In this document: one piece after another, positions 17,168-27,321 of the stretch
Layout of the letters: every line of letters begins with the position of its first letter
Position numbering within the stretch: the first letter of the stretch is position 1
IMG/VR virus record: IMGVR_UViG_3300024350_000252
Span: 124,001-188,000 of that record
Reading direction: 5' to 3' (one strand)
DNA length: 64,000 bases
Made by a program: the position numbers and the translations under genes
Notes under the pieces: generated by a model
What the model saw: the letters and a program-made list of their open reading frames with translations, nothing else
Databases searched by the model: none
Told to the model about the DNA's origin: nothing

Positions 17168-19841
17168 TAGCAATGTAGAAATAATCATATCAGGAACCAG
17201 AGGCGTTATAGACAACGCAGTTTCTGAAGCCAGCTTACAAGAACTTCTTAAAGCTATACAGAAACTTGACAAAAATTCAGGTGGAGAAACTAACAGAGGA
17301 AGCACTGCCGGTGCTGCCGCAGCTTACGAAAAAAGCTCAAGCGAAATAGCGGATTCTATATCAAAATTAGACAGCAAAGCTGCTAATGCTATCAAAAAAA
17401 GCGTAGACATGTTCAAAGGTGCTATGGACAGAAACACTAATACTTTTAGTGATTTTGCCAGAGTAATGAACGATACTTTTATCAAGAAAGTTCCGTTAGT
17501 TGGCGGGCTAGTTGGAGGTTTCCTTGATATATTTGTGATGACCACAGCGGTAGTAGAAGGTTGGAACTCGACTCTTAAAAAGACTTCTGCTGTTGGTGCT
17601 AACTTTGGTAATAGTGCGTTGGCTCTACGTCATGCTGCTGCTAATGCCAGGATGGATTTAGATGAATTTGCTAATCTGGTAGTTTCTAATGCTCAAGGGT
17701 TATCTCTATTATCTGGAGATGTTAGATCAGGCGCTGAACGCCTATCTATGAGTTTTGAAAATCTATATAATGGAACTAGTGGTGCTAGAGAAAGACTGTT
17801 ACAGCTGGGAATAAATCAAGAAGAATCTGGAGATATGTTTGCTAAATGGTTGATAATGACCAATCAGGGCAATCAAGAAAATACACAGAGGACAGCTAAT
17901 CTTAACAAAGCGTTTGTTGGTTATATAGAAAACCTAGATGCGCTAGCATCTATGTCAGGAGTTGACAGAAAATCTCTAGCTCAAAAAGTAGCAGCAGTTG
18001 AACAAGATGTGATCTATCAAAGATCATTGGCAAAATTAGATCCACAAGAACAAGGCAAGATGAGAACTAGACTGACTAGGATGATAGCTCTGTTTGGAGA
18101 CCAAGGTGCCGACTTACACAAAGCACAGGCGGCAAACACTACACCAGTCACGCAAGGTGCTTTCCAAATATTGGGATTAGCACAGGGTATGAGACAGGTT
18201 CTAGAAGAAGATCTAAGACAGGCTAGAGATCATAATGTAACCGAAGAAGAATACAACAAAGGTGAATCTGAAAGAACTTTTAAATTGTATCGAGTAGGAT
18301 TACAGCATTTTAAAAACAACAGGTCGTTCTTTATGGCCACACTGGCCACAGCTGAAGGTCAACGACAATTAGGCCCTGGCATGACTAAAATGTTACAAGA
18401 TCTTCTTAGTTTTGGTGATATCAGCAAGATGACTGATGCTGAACTTAGGAAAGCTATAGAAGACAGTAGAAATAAAAAAAACAAATACGAAGGTATAACA
18501 AAAATCCTAGATACATTTAGTTTAGCATTCAAAGATGCTAGGAAAAACTTTTTTGACACATTGATACCTGTATTAAAAGGTATGGGAGAAGCATTAAAAC
18601 CTCTACCTGCTTTATTAAAACAAGCAGGTGAAGATCTTTCTAAATGGATCAAAGATGTTGCTATGCCCGCTATGACTGCTGTATATGATAATATGTTTAG
18701 CGAAGAAGGCAGGAACAAGATATTTGTACATCTCGAAGGCTGGGCAAGATTGATGTATGTAGAAATAAAAAGGCTTATATCTGATTTTCTTGTAGCCCAA
18801 GGAGCTCCAGACAGTGTCGTAAGTTTATTTTTAGGAAAATATGACGATAATTTACGAAGAGCTCAAATGAAAAATGCGTTAGGAAGAGCAGCAGCCGGAG
18901 GCGGCATGACTTCTTCTGGAGGAGCTACAACAATACAAAGAGATGCTGGTTCTGTGATAGCACCAGACGCATCAACTGAATCAGAAACTATGACAATAGC
19001 TAACACTATTGGTGTTAATACTCAACAATTTGTCGCTCCGTCTGCTGGTGGCAAGATGACCGGTACATATCTTACACAAGATCAAACTAGAGAACTGGTG
19101 GTGCCCGGCGCTTCTGAGTTTGGATCTGCTACGGTTCCATTAGAAAATTCCACAAGAAGATGGGAATTCGCTAAAGGTCATGAACCATTTGGTGCTCCAT
19201 TTAATGGTTTGATCACTGTAGCTGACATCGAAAAACAAATTGTAGAATTATGGGATGAAAAAGCTAATTCCGGAGAAGGTATAACTCTAAGGATTTCGGG
19301 ATTTGATAAAGAAAAAAGTAAAGCTATTTTTGATGCTATACGAGGAAAACCAGTAACTGCTGGACAGACTATAGGTATAGGACCAAACAACCTGTTAACA
19401 GGGTCTTGGTTTAGTTATCTAACACCTAATACTGTACAAGTACAAGGATTTAGAGGAAAACCAGAAAATGAAAGGACGTTTGATCCTAGAATATTTTTTC
19501 CAGGTGAAGGACCAAAAGCAAATAATCCAGCAGCATCGACTCGAGCAGCTCCGGGAGCACCGCCCGCTTCTCGTGCGTATGGATCTCTAGGTGCTACAGG
19601 CAAGCTGTTTGAAGAATTTGGAGCAGGTACAAAAGCGATTCTACATGGCAGAGAAGCTGTAGTTACACCTCAACAGCTGGAAGGAATAGTTAATAGCAAA
19701 GATCAAATCGAGATGGTACAATTCATTTCTAGTTTAAATACTAATATGGCCAATCTTCTAGAAATAGCCAGACAAGAACTATATATAGATCAAAACAAAG
19801 CACATGTTCAAAAAGGAGTTAAAATGCCTTACATGGCATAA
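17160..19841 (+). CDS. Tape-measure-like protein 2 (paralogue of protein 1) with a possible degenerate M23-like domain
   Basis: Shares N-terminal VI(E/D)NA.SEA(T/S)LQE and C-terminal GKLF.EFGAGT...LHGREAV.TP.Q with the upstream gene. PVTAGQTIGIG...DPRIFF recalls the M23 fold, but no His ligands are evident. Confidence 0.65.
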   Translation: MPNSNVEIIISGTRGVIDNAVSEASLQELLKAIQKLDKNSGGETNRGSTAGAAAAYEKSSSEIADSISKLDSKAANAIKKSVDMFKGAMDRNTNTFSDFARVMNDTFIKKVPLVGGLVGGFLDIFVMTTAVVEGWNSTLKKTSAVGANFGNSALALRHAAANARMDLDEFANLVVSNAQGLSLLSGDVRSGAERLSMSFENLYNGTSGARERLLQLGINQEESGDMFAKWLIMTNQGNQENTQRTANLNKAFVGYIENLDALASMSGVDRKSLAQKVAAVEQDVIYQRSLAKLDPQEQGKMRTRLTRMIALFGDQGADLHKAQAANTTPVTQGAFQILGLAQGMRQVLEEDLRQARDHNVTEEEYNKGESERTFKLYRVGLQHFKNNRSFFMATLATAEGQRQLGPGMTKMLQDLLSFGDISKMTDAELRKAIEDSRNKKNKYEGITKILDTFSLAFKDARKNFFDTLIPVLKGMGEALKPLPALLKQAGEDLSKWIKDVAMPAMTAVYDNMFSEEGRNKIFVHLEGWARLMYVEIKRLISDFLVAQGAPDSVVSLFLGKYDDNLRRAQMKNALGRAAAGGGMTSSGGATTIQRDAGSVIAPDASTESETMTIANTIGVNTQQFVAPSAGGKMTGTYLTQDQTRELVVPGASEFGSATVPLENSTRRWEFAKGHEPFGAPFNGLITVADIEKQIVELWDEKANSGEGITLRISGFDKEKSKAIFDAIRGKPVTAGQTIGIGPNNLLTGSWFSYLTPNTVQVQGFRGKPENERTFDPRIFFPGEGPKANNPAASTRAAPGAPPASRAYGSLGATGKLFEEFGAGTKAILHGREAVVTPQQLEGIVNSKDQIEMVQFISSLNTNMANLLEIARQELYIDQNKAHVQKGVKMPYMA

Positions 19842-19853
19842 TTGGAGAATACA

Positions 19854-21587
19854 GTGAGCTGGAAAAAATATTTTACACCCGTTACAGTTGGAGCGCAAAC
19901 AGGGACATTCAGCCCACTGGGCAATGGTTCTCGTCCGGGTCCAGCCAAAGTAAATTATAGTTCTTACCTGCCCGACGTCTACGCAGGTACACCTAATCGT
20001 ACAGAACGTTATATGCAATATGACACTATGGACATGGATTCAGAAGTCAACGCAGCGTTAGATATTCTAGCAGAGTTTTGTACGCAGGACAACAGAGACA
20101 ACTATACAGGATTCCAATTCCAGTTTAAAGGCACACCTACAGCCACTGAAGTCAAGATATTAAAAGACAGTTTACAAAAATGGCACAAACAGAATCAGTT
20201 CGATACTAGACTGTTTAGGATCATTAGAAATATATTCAAATACGGTGATGCGTTCTTTGTACGTGATCCAGAAACTAAAAAATGGTTTTATGTAGATCCA
20301 GGTAAAGTTACCAAGATCATCGTCAACGAAAGCGAAGGCAAAAAACCAGAACAGTATGTTGTTAGAGATTTTAATCTCAACTTTAAGCATCTCGTAGCTA
20401 CAAACATAAGCCCTAACACTAGCAACACACCCGCAGGCACAGCCAACTATATCAGCGGTGGCGCACTAGGAAGAGGCATGGTAGGAGCAGCACCTACACA
20501 GACTGGCAGCAGATTCAGCGTAAATCAAAACGAAATCGCTATAGATGCTGAACATGTTATACACATCAGCTTATCAGAAGGACTAGATAACAACTATCCA
20601 TTTGGCAACAGCCTGTTAGAATCTGTATTCAAAGTCTACAAGCAAAAAGAATTGCTTGAAGATGCTATCGTTATCTATCGTATACAACGTGCTCCGGAAC
20701 GTCGTGTGTTTTATGTAGACGTTGGTAACATGCCCGCACACATGGCCATGAGCTTTGTTGAGCGTGTGAAAAATGAAATCAATCAACGTCGTATACCTAG
20801 CCAAGCAGGCGGCGGACAGAACATCATAGATGCTAGCTATAATCCGTTGAGCATCTCTGAAGACTACTTCTTTCCCCAGACCGCAGAAGGTCGAGGATCA
20901 AAAGTAGATGTTCTACCAGGTGGTACTAATCTAGGCGAAATCGACGATCTACGCTACTTTACTAATAAACTATTCCGTGCTTTGCGCATACCTAGCAGCT
21001 ACTTGCCAACCATGCCTGACGACAGTCAAGCACAGCATGTGGATGGCAAAGTAGGCACAGCCTACATTCAAGAACTGCGTTTTAACAAATATTGCGAACG
21101 TCTACAGAGCCTGATGATCGGAGAGTTTGATCTAGAATACAAGAGATGGTTGATAGATCAAGGCATCAATATTGACAATTCTCTGTTTGAACTTAAATTT
21201 AATCCTCCACAAAACTTCGCAGCTTATCGTCAGAGCGAACTGGACAACGCTAGAGTACAGACGTTTGCTGCTTTACAAGAAGTGCCTTACCTCAGCAAGC
21301 GTTTCTCTATGAAACGTTTCTTAGGATTGAGCCAAGAAGAGATCGTAGAAAACGAACGTATGTGGAAAGAAGAAAATGGTTCTACTGTAGCAGCAGCTCT
21401 AAACGCAGCAGCAGAATTGCGTGGAGTAGGAGTTACACCGGACGGTATTTCAGGCGATCTAGGCGATCAAACAGCAGAAGCACCAGAAGATATGGCAGCG
21501 GCTGCTGAACCAGGAACCTCAGAAGCACCAGAAACAGCAGCAGCTACAGCAGCACCGCCAGCACCACCGACTCAGCAGACTATCTAA
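19854..21587 (+). CDS. Portal vertex protein, T4 gp20-like
   Basis: SWKKYF, YDTMDMDSEVNAALD, KQKELLEDAIVIYRIQRAPERRVFYVDVGNMP, EDYFFP, GTNLGEIDDLRYF, ELRFNKYCERLQ. Probable GTG start at 19854 after GGAG. Confidence 0.97.
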   Translation: MSWKKYFTPVTVGAQTGTFSPLGNGSRPGPAKVNYSSYLPDVYAGTPNRTERYMQYDTMDMDSEVNAALDILAEFCTQDNRDNYTGFQFQFKGTPTATEVKILKDSLQKWHKQNQFDTRLFRIIRNIFKYGDAFFVRDPETKKWFYVDPGKVTKIIVNESEGKKPEQYVVRDFNLNFKHLVATNISPNTSNTPAGTANYISGGALGRGMVGAAPTQTGSRFSVNQNEIAIDAEHVIHISLSEGLDNNYPFGNSLLESVFKVYKQKELLEDAIVIYRIQRAPERRVFYVDVGNMPAHMAMSFVERVKNEINQRRIPSQAGGGQNIIDASYNPLSISEDYFFPQTAEGRGSKVDVLPGGTNLGEIDDLRYFTNKLFRALRIPSSYLPTMPDDSQAQHVDGKVGTAYIQELRFNKYCERLQSLMIGEFDLEYKRWLIDQGINIDNSLFELKFNPPQNFAAYRQSELDNARVQTFAALQEVPYLSKRFSMKRFLGLSQEEIVENERMWKEENGSTVAAALNAAAELRGVGVTPDGISGDLGDQTAEAPEDMAAAAEPGTSEAPETAAATAAPPAPPTQQTI

Positions 21588-21597
21588 TAAATACAAG

Positions 21598-21846
21598 ATG
21601 AAACTTTACGAATTCTTCTATTTCAACGACCAACAAAACGAGTACGTAGACGACAAACGCTACGAAAATCGTGCTGATACCAGTGTCTTAAGAAAAGACG
21701 ACACACGTAAGATTTCATTGACTCTTCGACAAATCAATCAGCTTCGCAAGCAAAGCGAAGCCCATCAGTTCGAACAGGCTGCTGAGCTAGAATTTATACA
21801 GCAGATGTATGGACAGAAACCTGAAGCAGAACAGCCCGCAGCCTAA
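21598..21846 (+). CDS. Conserved small head-module protein
   Basis: 82 aa after the portal gene, with its own ATAAATA; DTRKISLTLRQINQLRK...QQMYG. Confidence 0.7.
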   Translation: MKLYEFFYFNDQQNEYVDDKRYENRADTSVLRKDDTRKISLTLRQINQLRKQSEAHQFEQAAELEFIQQMYGQKPEAEQPAA

Positions 21847-22438
21847 TAACACAGCATTTGTACTCGGTAACGGACGCAGTAGACTGCGTGTAAATCTTGC
21901 TGAGATGAAAAAATGGGGCAAGATCTACGGCTGTAACGCACTATATCGAGAATTTGATCCAGACTTTCTAGTGGCAGTAGATGTCAAAATGATCAAAGAA
22001 ATAGTAGCCGCGGGCTATCAATACAAGCGTCCTGTATGGACTAATCCTAATAAAGAAGTGTTAAATGAGCAGGGTATAAACTTTTTTAACCCTCATAAAG
22101 GTTGGAGCTCAGGTCCTACAGCACTTTGGTTAGCTGCTAGCCACGGCATAACCAACATCTATATTCTGGGTTTTGACTATCAAGGAATAGATCAAAAATT
22201 CAATAATGTATACGCAGACACTCCAAATTACAAGTGTAGCAGCGAACCTGCTACCTATTTTGGCAACTGGAGCAATCAAACTGAACGTGTGATCAAGGAA
22301 AATCAAAAAGTAATATTTACAAGGGTAGCAGAAAAAGATGCTTTCTGCCCTAAGAATCTGTCTGATATAACAGGCAATCTCCGACATATCAATTTTGAAC
22401 AGTTCGAAGAGGATTTTCCTGGTTGCGTATTTAAATAA
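21809..22438 (+). CDS. GT-A-variant, sialyltransferase (Cst)/DUF115-MptE-like protein
   Basis: AFVLGNGRSR...IYGCNALYRE...PDFLVAVD...SSGPTALWLA..HG..NIYILGFD follows the GNGxS / CN / SG / G+D pattern of these families. Start uncertain. Confidence 0.55.
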   Translation: MDRNLKQNSPQPNNTAFVLGNGRSRLRVNLAEMKKWGKIYGCNALYREFDPDFLVAVDVKMIKEIVAAGYQYKRPVWTNPNKEVLNEQGINFFNPHKGWSSGPTALWLAASHGITNIYILGFDYQGIDQKFNNVYADTPNYKCSSEPATYFGNWSNQTERVIKENQKVIFTRVAEKDAFCPKNLSDITGNLRHINFEQFEEDFPGCVFK

Positions 22439-22531
22439 TCAAAATTGATCAAAAAAGCATCATTTAATACCCAAATATTATCTTAGCATTAAATATATTC
22501 GACAGCCCCACAATATTCAGGAGGAATTAAC

Positions 22532-23428
22532 ATGGCAGACAAGAATAAAATCGCAGAAATGCTAGAGCATATCGTAAACAACGATACCGCTAAAGCAGAA
22601 GAAATCTTCCACAACTACGTAGTGGAAAAATCCCGTGAAATTTACGAAAATCTAATCGAAAGCGAATTAGAAGAAGAAGATCTAGGCGAAGAAGACGACG
22701 AAGAAAATGATGACATGGATGAGTCATTTGAAGACGTCGAAATGGGCGAAGCTGATGATGAAACTGACGACATGATCGACGATATGGAAGGCGATGATGA
22801 AGGCGGTGAAGAAGGCGAAGAAAACCCATTCGGTGACGAAGAAGGCGAAGAAGGCCATGACGAAGATGCTGAAGCAACCAAGGGCGATATCAAAGACCTA
22901 GCTTCTGCTATCGACGAACTACAAGCAGCTTTTGACCAATTCCTACAAGGCGAACAGCATGAAGAAGAAACAGGCGAACCAGGTGACCACGCAGGACACA
23001 TGGACGCTGCTGCTGACGCACTAGATGGTTCAGAAGAATTTGAAACAGTCGAAGACCTAGACACAGTACGTGAATACGTAGAAAAAGTTGGTAACGATTG
23101 GGACAAAAACAATCAGAAAGGCGAAGGCAAGGCCGTAGGCGCACAGTCTGGTTCAGTAACAGGTGCTACAAATACCAAGAGCACAGTAGCTGGCAAGAAT
23201 GACATGGGCGGAACAACTGCTAACATCGCAAAAGGCGGCGAAGGCGGTGGTTCAGAAACAGGTCTAAGCAAGAACAAGCCACAAGACATGAACACAGGTA
23301 ACATCAATGTTCCTGGTGGAAAAGCAGGCAGTGCTTTTTCTAAGAAAGAACCAGGACATGGCGCAGAAAAGAAAGGTTCAGGCGAATCAGCTGATAACAC
23401 AGCAAGTCTTTTCCGCGGTAAGAAGTAA
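22532..23428 (+). CDS. Acidic prohead core / scaffold-type protein
   Basis: 298 aa, extremely D/E-rich, between portal and protease (position of T4 gp67/gp68); good SD (GGAGG). Confidence 0.65.
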   Translation: MADKNKIAEMLEHIVNNDTAKAEEIFHNYVVEKSREIYENLIESELEEEDLGEEDDEENDDMDESFEDVEMGEADDETDDMIDDMEGDDEGGEEGEENPFGDEEGEEGHDEDAEATKGDIKDLASAIDELQAAFDQFLQGEQHEEETGEPGDHAGHMDAAADALDGSEEFETVEDLDTVREYVEKVGNDWDKNNQKGEGKAVGAQSGSVTGATNTKSTVAGKNDMGGTTANIAKGGEGGGSETGLSKNKPQDMNTGNINVPGGKAGSAFSKKEPGHGAEKKGSGESADNTASLFRGKK

Positions 23429-23442
23429 TCGGAGCCCTTTAG

Positions 23443-24075
23443 GTGAAAAACTACCTTAGAGAAAATCTGAGTTTCGACCAAGCGCAATTGGTTCTTGAAA
23501 GTTCCGAGGAAGGGGATAGAAAGACCCTGCATCTCCACGGTATCTGTATCCAAGGTGATATCAGAAACCAGAATCAGCGTGTTTATCCCTCTACTGAAAT
23601 TGCTCGGGCTGTCAAAACTATCAACGAACAGATTGCGGGTGGATATTCAGTTCTAGGGGAAGTGGATCATCCTGCTGATCTACGCATAAATTTGGACCGT
23701 GTTAGTCACATGATCACTAAGATGTGGATGGACGGCCCAAATGGTTACGGTAAGATAAAAATACTTCCAACTCCTATGGGACAATTAATTCAAACCATGT
23801 TGGAGAACGGAGTGAAACTAGGCGTATCAAGCAGGGGTTCCGGTAACGTTTCAGAAGATGGCAGCGGTAAGGTTTCTGATTTTGAAATCATTACCGTTGA
23901 CATTGTCGCACAACCAAGCGCCCCGGGAGCGTATCCCACACCAGTTTACGAAGCATTAATGAACACAACAGGCGGTTATAAGGCATTGAATATAGCAAGG
24001 GAAGTCCAAGGCGATCCTAAGGCACAGAAATACGTAGCAGAGAGCTTGATGAGAATCATCAAGACCCTCAAATAA
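23443..24075 (+). CDS. Prohead core protease, T4 gp21-like
   Basis: NQNQRVYP, LGEVDHP, GVSSRGSG, DIVAQPSAPGAY. Confidence 0.95.
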   Translation: MKNYLRENLSFDQAQLVLESSEEGDRKTLHLHGICIQGDIRNQNQRVYPSTEIARAVKTINEQIAGGYSVLGEVDHPADLRINLDRVSHMITKMWMDGPNGYGKIKILPTPMGQLIQTMLENGVKLGVSSRGSGNVSEDGSGKVSDFEIITVDIVAQPSAPGAYPTPVYEALMNTTGGYKALNIAREVQGDPKAQKYVAESLMRIIKTLK

Positions 24076-24091
24076 TTTGTAGGAGAATCAC

Positions 24092-25183
24092 ATGCTAGAT
24101 ATAGTAAAACAATTATTCGAAAACAATGTGATTTCCGAAGAGATCAAGTCGGAAATTGAATCCGCTTGGCAAACAAAGATTCAAGAAAATCGCGATGAAG
24201 TTACAGCTACACTTCGTGAAGAGTTCGCACAAAAGTACGAACACGATAAGGGCGTGATGGTTGAAGCTATTGACAAAATGATCAGTGATCGTCTACAAGG
24301 TGAGCTCGAAGAGCTTGCTGAAGACAGAAATCAATTAGTCGAAGCCAAAGCCAAGTACGCTAAGAAAATGAAAGATGATGCTAAGAAGATGGAGAGCTTT
24401 GTGCTTTCTAGACTCGCTGGCGAACTTTCAGAACTACACGAAGATCGCAAGTCTGTAGCAGAAAATTTTGCTAAACTAGAAACGTTCATTGTTAACGCTC
24501 TAGCTAAAGAAATTGCTGAATTCCACACTGACAAGAAAGACCTAGCAGAAACAAAAGTCAAACTAGTCCGTGAAGCCAAAGCAAAATTTGAACAAGTCAA
24601 GTCTGATTTCGTTAAGAAGGCTACCAAAGTCGTTGAAGCTACTGTTACCAACAAGCTAGCTTCAGAGATGAGCCAACTGAAAGAAGACATCGAAGTCGCT
24701 CGCAAGAATGATTTCGGTCGCAGAATCTTCGAAGCTTATGCTAGCGAATATGCTTCTAGCCACTTAAATGAGAAGTCTGAAACTTCAAAACTACTTCGTG
24801 TAGTTAGGGAGAAAGAAGCTGCTCTAGCAGAGGCTAAGAAAGCCATTGATGATAAGCAGTCCGTTGTCGAAAGCAAGGACCGCGAAATTCGTATCATGAA
24901 AGATACGGTACAACGTAGAGAAATTATGAGCGAACTGTTAAGCCCACTCGCCGGAGAGAAGAAAACGGTGATGAGCGAACTGCTTGAATCCGTTCAAACA
25001 GAAAAACTCCGTGGTGCATTTGACAAGTATCTCCCAGCCGTTATGGCCGGCGAGGCTCCTAAAAAGAAGGCAATTACAGAAGGCATTGAAGTTACAGGCA
25101 ACAAGCAGGCTACTACAGTCAGCGGAGAAGAAAAGACCGCTGAGATTTTTACCATCCGCAAGCTCGCGGGACTTAAAGTTTAA
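24092..25183 (+). CDS. Prohead scaffolding protein, T4 gp22-like
   Basis: 363-aa coiled coil between gp21 and gp23; FGRRIFEAYASEY. Confidence 0.85.
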   Translation: MLDIVKQLFENNVISEEIKSEIESAWQTKIQENRDEVTATLREEFAQKYEHDKGVMVEAIDKMISDRLQGELEELAEDRNQLVEAKAKYAKKMKDDAKKMESFVLSRLAGELSELHEDRKSVAENFAKLETFIVNALAKEIAEFHTDKKDLAETKVKLVREAKAKFEQVKSDFVKKATKVVEATVTNKLASEMSQLKEDIEVARKNDFGRRIFEAYASEYASSHLNEKSETSKLLRVVREKEAALAEAKKAIDDKQSVVESKDREIRIMKDTVQRREIMSELLSPLAGEKKTVMSELLESVQTEKLRGAFDKYLPAVMAGEAPKKKAITEGIEVTGNKQATTVSGEEKTAEIFTIRKLAGLKV

Positions 25184-25194
25184 GGAGAACAATA

Positions 25195-26373
25195 ATGTCA
25201 GAACTATTAGAGTCACGCTGGCAGGAAACCAAAGAGGCACTACTTGAAGGCCTTCAAGGAACTCGTCGTACGGTGATGGCAACAACTCTGGAAAATACCC
25301 GCAAGTATTTGTCGGAGTCAGCCACCGCTGGTGCTACTTCTGCCGGTAACGTCGCAACCCTAAATCGTGTGATCCTTCCAGTGATCAGACGTGTAATGCC
25401 AACTGTCATCGCAAATGAACTAGTTGGTGTACAACCAATGACTGGTCCAGTTGGTCAAATCCACACCCTACGTGTTCGCTATGCGGACAGCGCAGGTGGT
25501 GTAACAGCTGGTGAAGAAGCATTGAGCCCATTCAAGATCGCTGCTTCATATTCTGGTAATGCTGCTGGTTCTTCATCAACAGCCGCCGCAGGTGCTACAA
25601 CAGCAGCACTAGAAGGCGTTGCTGGTAAGAAGATGAGCATCCAAATCTTGAAGCAAACAGTAGAAGCAAAGACCCGCAAGCTATCAGCTCGTTGGACTTT
25701 TGAAGCTGCTCAAGATGCACAAGCCCAACAAGGCATTGACATCGAAGCAGAAATCATGGCTGCTTTGGCTCAAGAAATCACTGCTGAAATCGACCAAGAA
25801 GTTCTAGGTTCACTACGTAACCTAGCTGGTACAGGATCAGAAACATACGACCAGACCGCTGTGTCAGGTACTGCTACATTCGTTGGTGACGAACATGCTG
25901 CCCTAGCTGTTCTAATCAATCGTCAAGCAAACCTAATCGCTCAGCGTACACGTCGTGGTGCTGGTAACTACGCTGTAGTTTCACCATTCGCACTAACAAT
26001 CCTACAGAGCGCAACAACTTCTGCTTTTGCTCGCACTACAGAAGGCACATTCGAAGCTCCAACAAACACCAAGTTCGTTGGTACTTTGAACAGCGCAATG
26101 AAAGTGTACGTAGACGCCTATGCTGCTAACAACGCACCTGTGCTAGTTGGCTACAAGGGCTCAAGTGAAAGTGATGCTCCAGCATTCTACTGCCCATACA
26201 TCCCATTGATGTCAAGTGGTGTTGTGCTTGATCCAACAACTTTCGAACCAGTCGTGAGCTTCATGACAAGATATGGCTATGTTGAACTAAGCAACACAGC
26301 ATCATCTCTTGGTAATGCTGCTGACTACTTGGCTCGTGTTGAAATCACAGACACAAGCGTAAGCTTCAAGTAA
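25195..26373 (+). CDS. Major capsid protein, T4 gp23-like
   Basis: VILPVIRRVMPTVIANELVGVQPMTGPVGQIHTLR, VEAKTRKLSARWTFEAAQD, EIMAALAQEITAEID, FYCPYIPL, FMTRYG. Confidence 0.97.
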   Translation: MSELLESRWQETKEALLEGLQGTRRTVMATTLENTRKYLSESATAGATSAGNVATLNRVILPVIRRVMPTVIANELVGVQPMTGPVGQIHTLRVRYADSAGGVTAGEEALSPFKIAASYSGNAAGSSSTAAAGATTAALEGVAGKKMSIQILKQTVEAKTRKLSARWTFEAAQDAQAQQGIDIEAEIMAALAQEITAEIDQEVLGSLRNLAGTGSETYDQTAVSGTATFVGDEHAALAVLINRQANLIAQRTRRGAGNYAVVSPFALTILQSATTSAFARTTEGTFEAPTNTKFVGTLNSAMKVYVDAYAANNAPVLVGYKGSSESDAPAFYCPYIPLMSSGVVLDPTTFEPVVSFMTRYGYVELSNTASSLGNAADYLARVEITDTSVSFK

Positions 26374-26378
26374 TCAAA

Positions 26379-26422
26379 AACAGATTCGTCTGTTCGAAAG
26401 GCCCTACGGGGCCTTTCTTTTT
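26379..26422 (+). terminator. Intrinsic terminator after the major capsid gene, preceded by a UUCG hairpin
   Basis: GAAAGGCCC-TACG-GGGCCTTTC-TTTTT (26396-26422); upstream AACAGA-TTCG-TCTGTT (26379-94). Confidence 0.9.
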
Positions 26423-26437
26423 GACTTAAATATTGAT

Positions 26438-26992
26438 ATGGAACAAATTACTACCTGGAAAACTCCGATAGCTGTACAAGAGATAGTCGTTGACGACGGA
26501 ATATCTTGGGATCTATCTGCTTTTAATAATCTCGACAAACTAGATTTTAAACAGATTAAAACACACGAACCGTTACAGGGCATTTCTAATACTACGTTTA
26601 ATAGAGATGGCATGACTATAATGGAAACAAACAAATTGGTTTTTACTGGTTTTAATTTTTCTGTCACAGGTAATATACTAGGAATAGAATTAGAAATAAA
26701 AGGTCAGCGTTATTCTAGAGTTACTGATCAGATCGTACAGTTACACCTAAATGAACGCATAGGTCAAAACATGAAGCAGTTATCAGATATAAATGAAAAT
26801 TATTTTTCCTATGGTGGCCCTACTGATCTTTGGCAGGATCAAAATCATCTTAGCAATCTTACAGCAGCTAAAATTAATGATCCATTATTTGGAATCATGC
26901 TACAATTTAGAAGCCATCCGCATTTTCCTCATAGAGACACAGCTTATGTCGACCAACTGAGAATGCGTGTTTACTATGACGACGGCGCTTGA
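26438..26992 (+). CDS. Hypothetical protein (probable virion beta-sandwich)
   Basis: 184-aa ORF after a TAAATA motif. Confidence 0.65.
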   Translation: MEQITTWKTPIAVQEIVVDDGISWDLSAFNNLDKLDFKQIKTHEPLQGISNTTFNRDGMTIMETNKLVFTGFNFSVTGNILGIELEIKGQRYSRVTDQIVQLHLNERIGQNMKQLSDINENYFSYGGPTDLWQDQNHLSNLTAAKINDPLFGIMLQFRSHPHFPHRDTAYVDQLRMRVYYDDGA

Positions 26993-27251
26993 TCAACCAA
27001 GAGATTTTAAAGAAATAAGAGATCGTATAAACGACTGGCGCAGACGCTTTCCTATGTTTAACCATGATGTTAAACGGATAGAACGAATAGTAGAAAATCA
27101 TATACAAGAATACAGCACAGCGTTAGTCTATTATAGACAGACCAAGCAGAAAAAATATCTAGAACAAGCACAAAATCACATAGATGAGATAGACAGAGTG
27201 ATTAATACTGTGGAAAAAGTACAGTTGATAGCATTGTTAGCCCGTAGATAA
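26967..27251 (+). CDS. Hypothetical helical protein
   Basis: 94-aa ORF in the same operon. Confidence 0.65.
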   Translation: MFTMTTALDQPRDFKEIRDRINDWRRRFPMFNHDVKRIERIVENHIQEYSTALVYYRQTKQKKYLEQAQNHIDEIDRVINTVEKVQLIALLARR

Positions 27252-27321
27252 ATAAAGTATCTAAGTTTATTATGCGGCACCCACCGCGTAGACCTAGAAC
27301 GTCAACATAAGGAGAAAACAA

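Noticed and set aside
22590-23553. Minus-strand Ser-rich ORFs (e.g. 22642-23112)
   Set aside because: Antisense shadows of the acidic prohead protein (GAA/GAC codons read as Ser/Phe/Val); no RBS or promoter.
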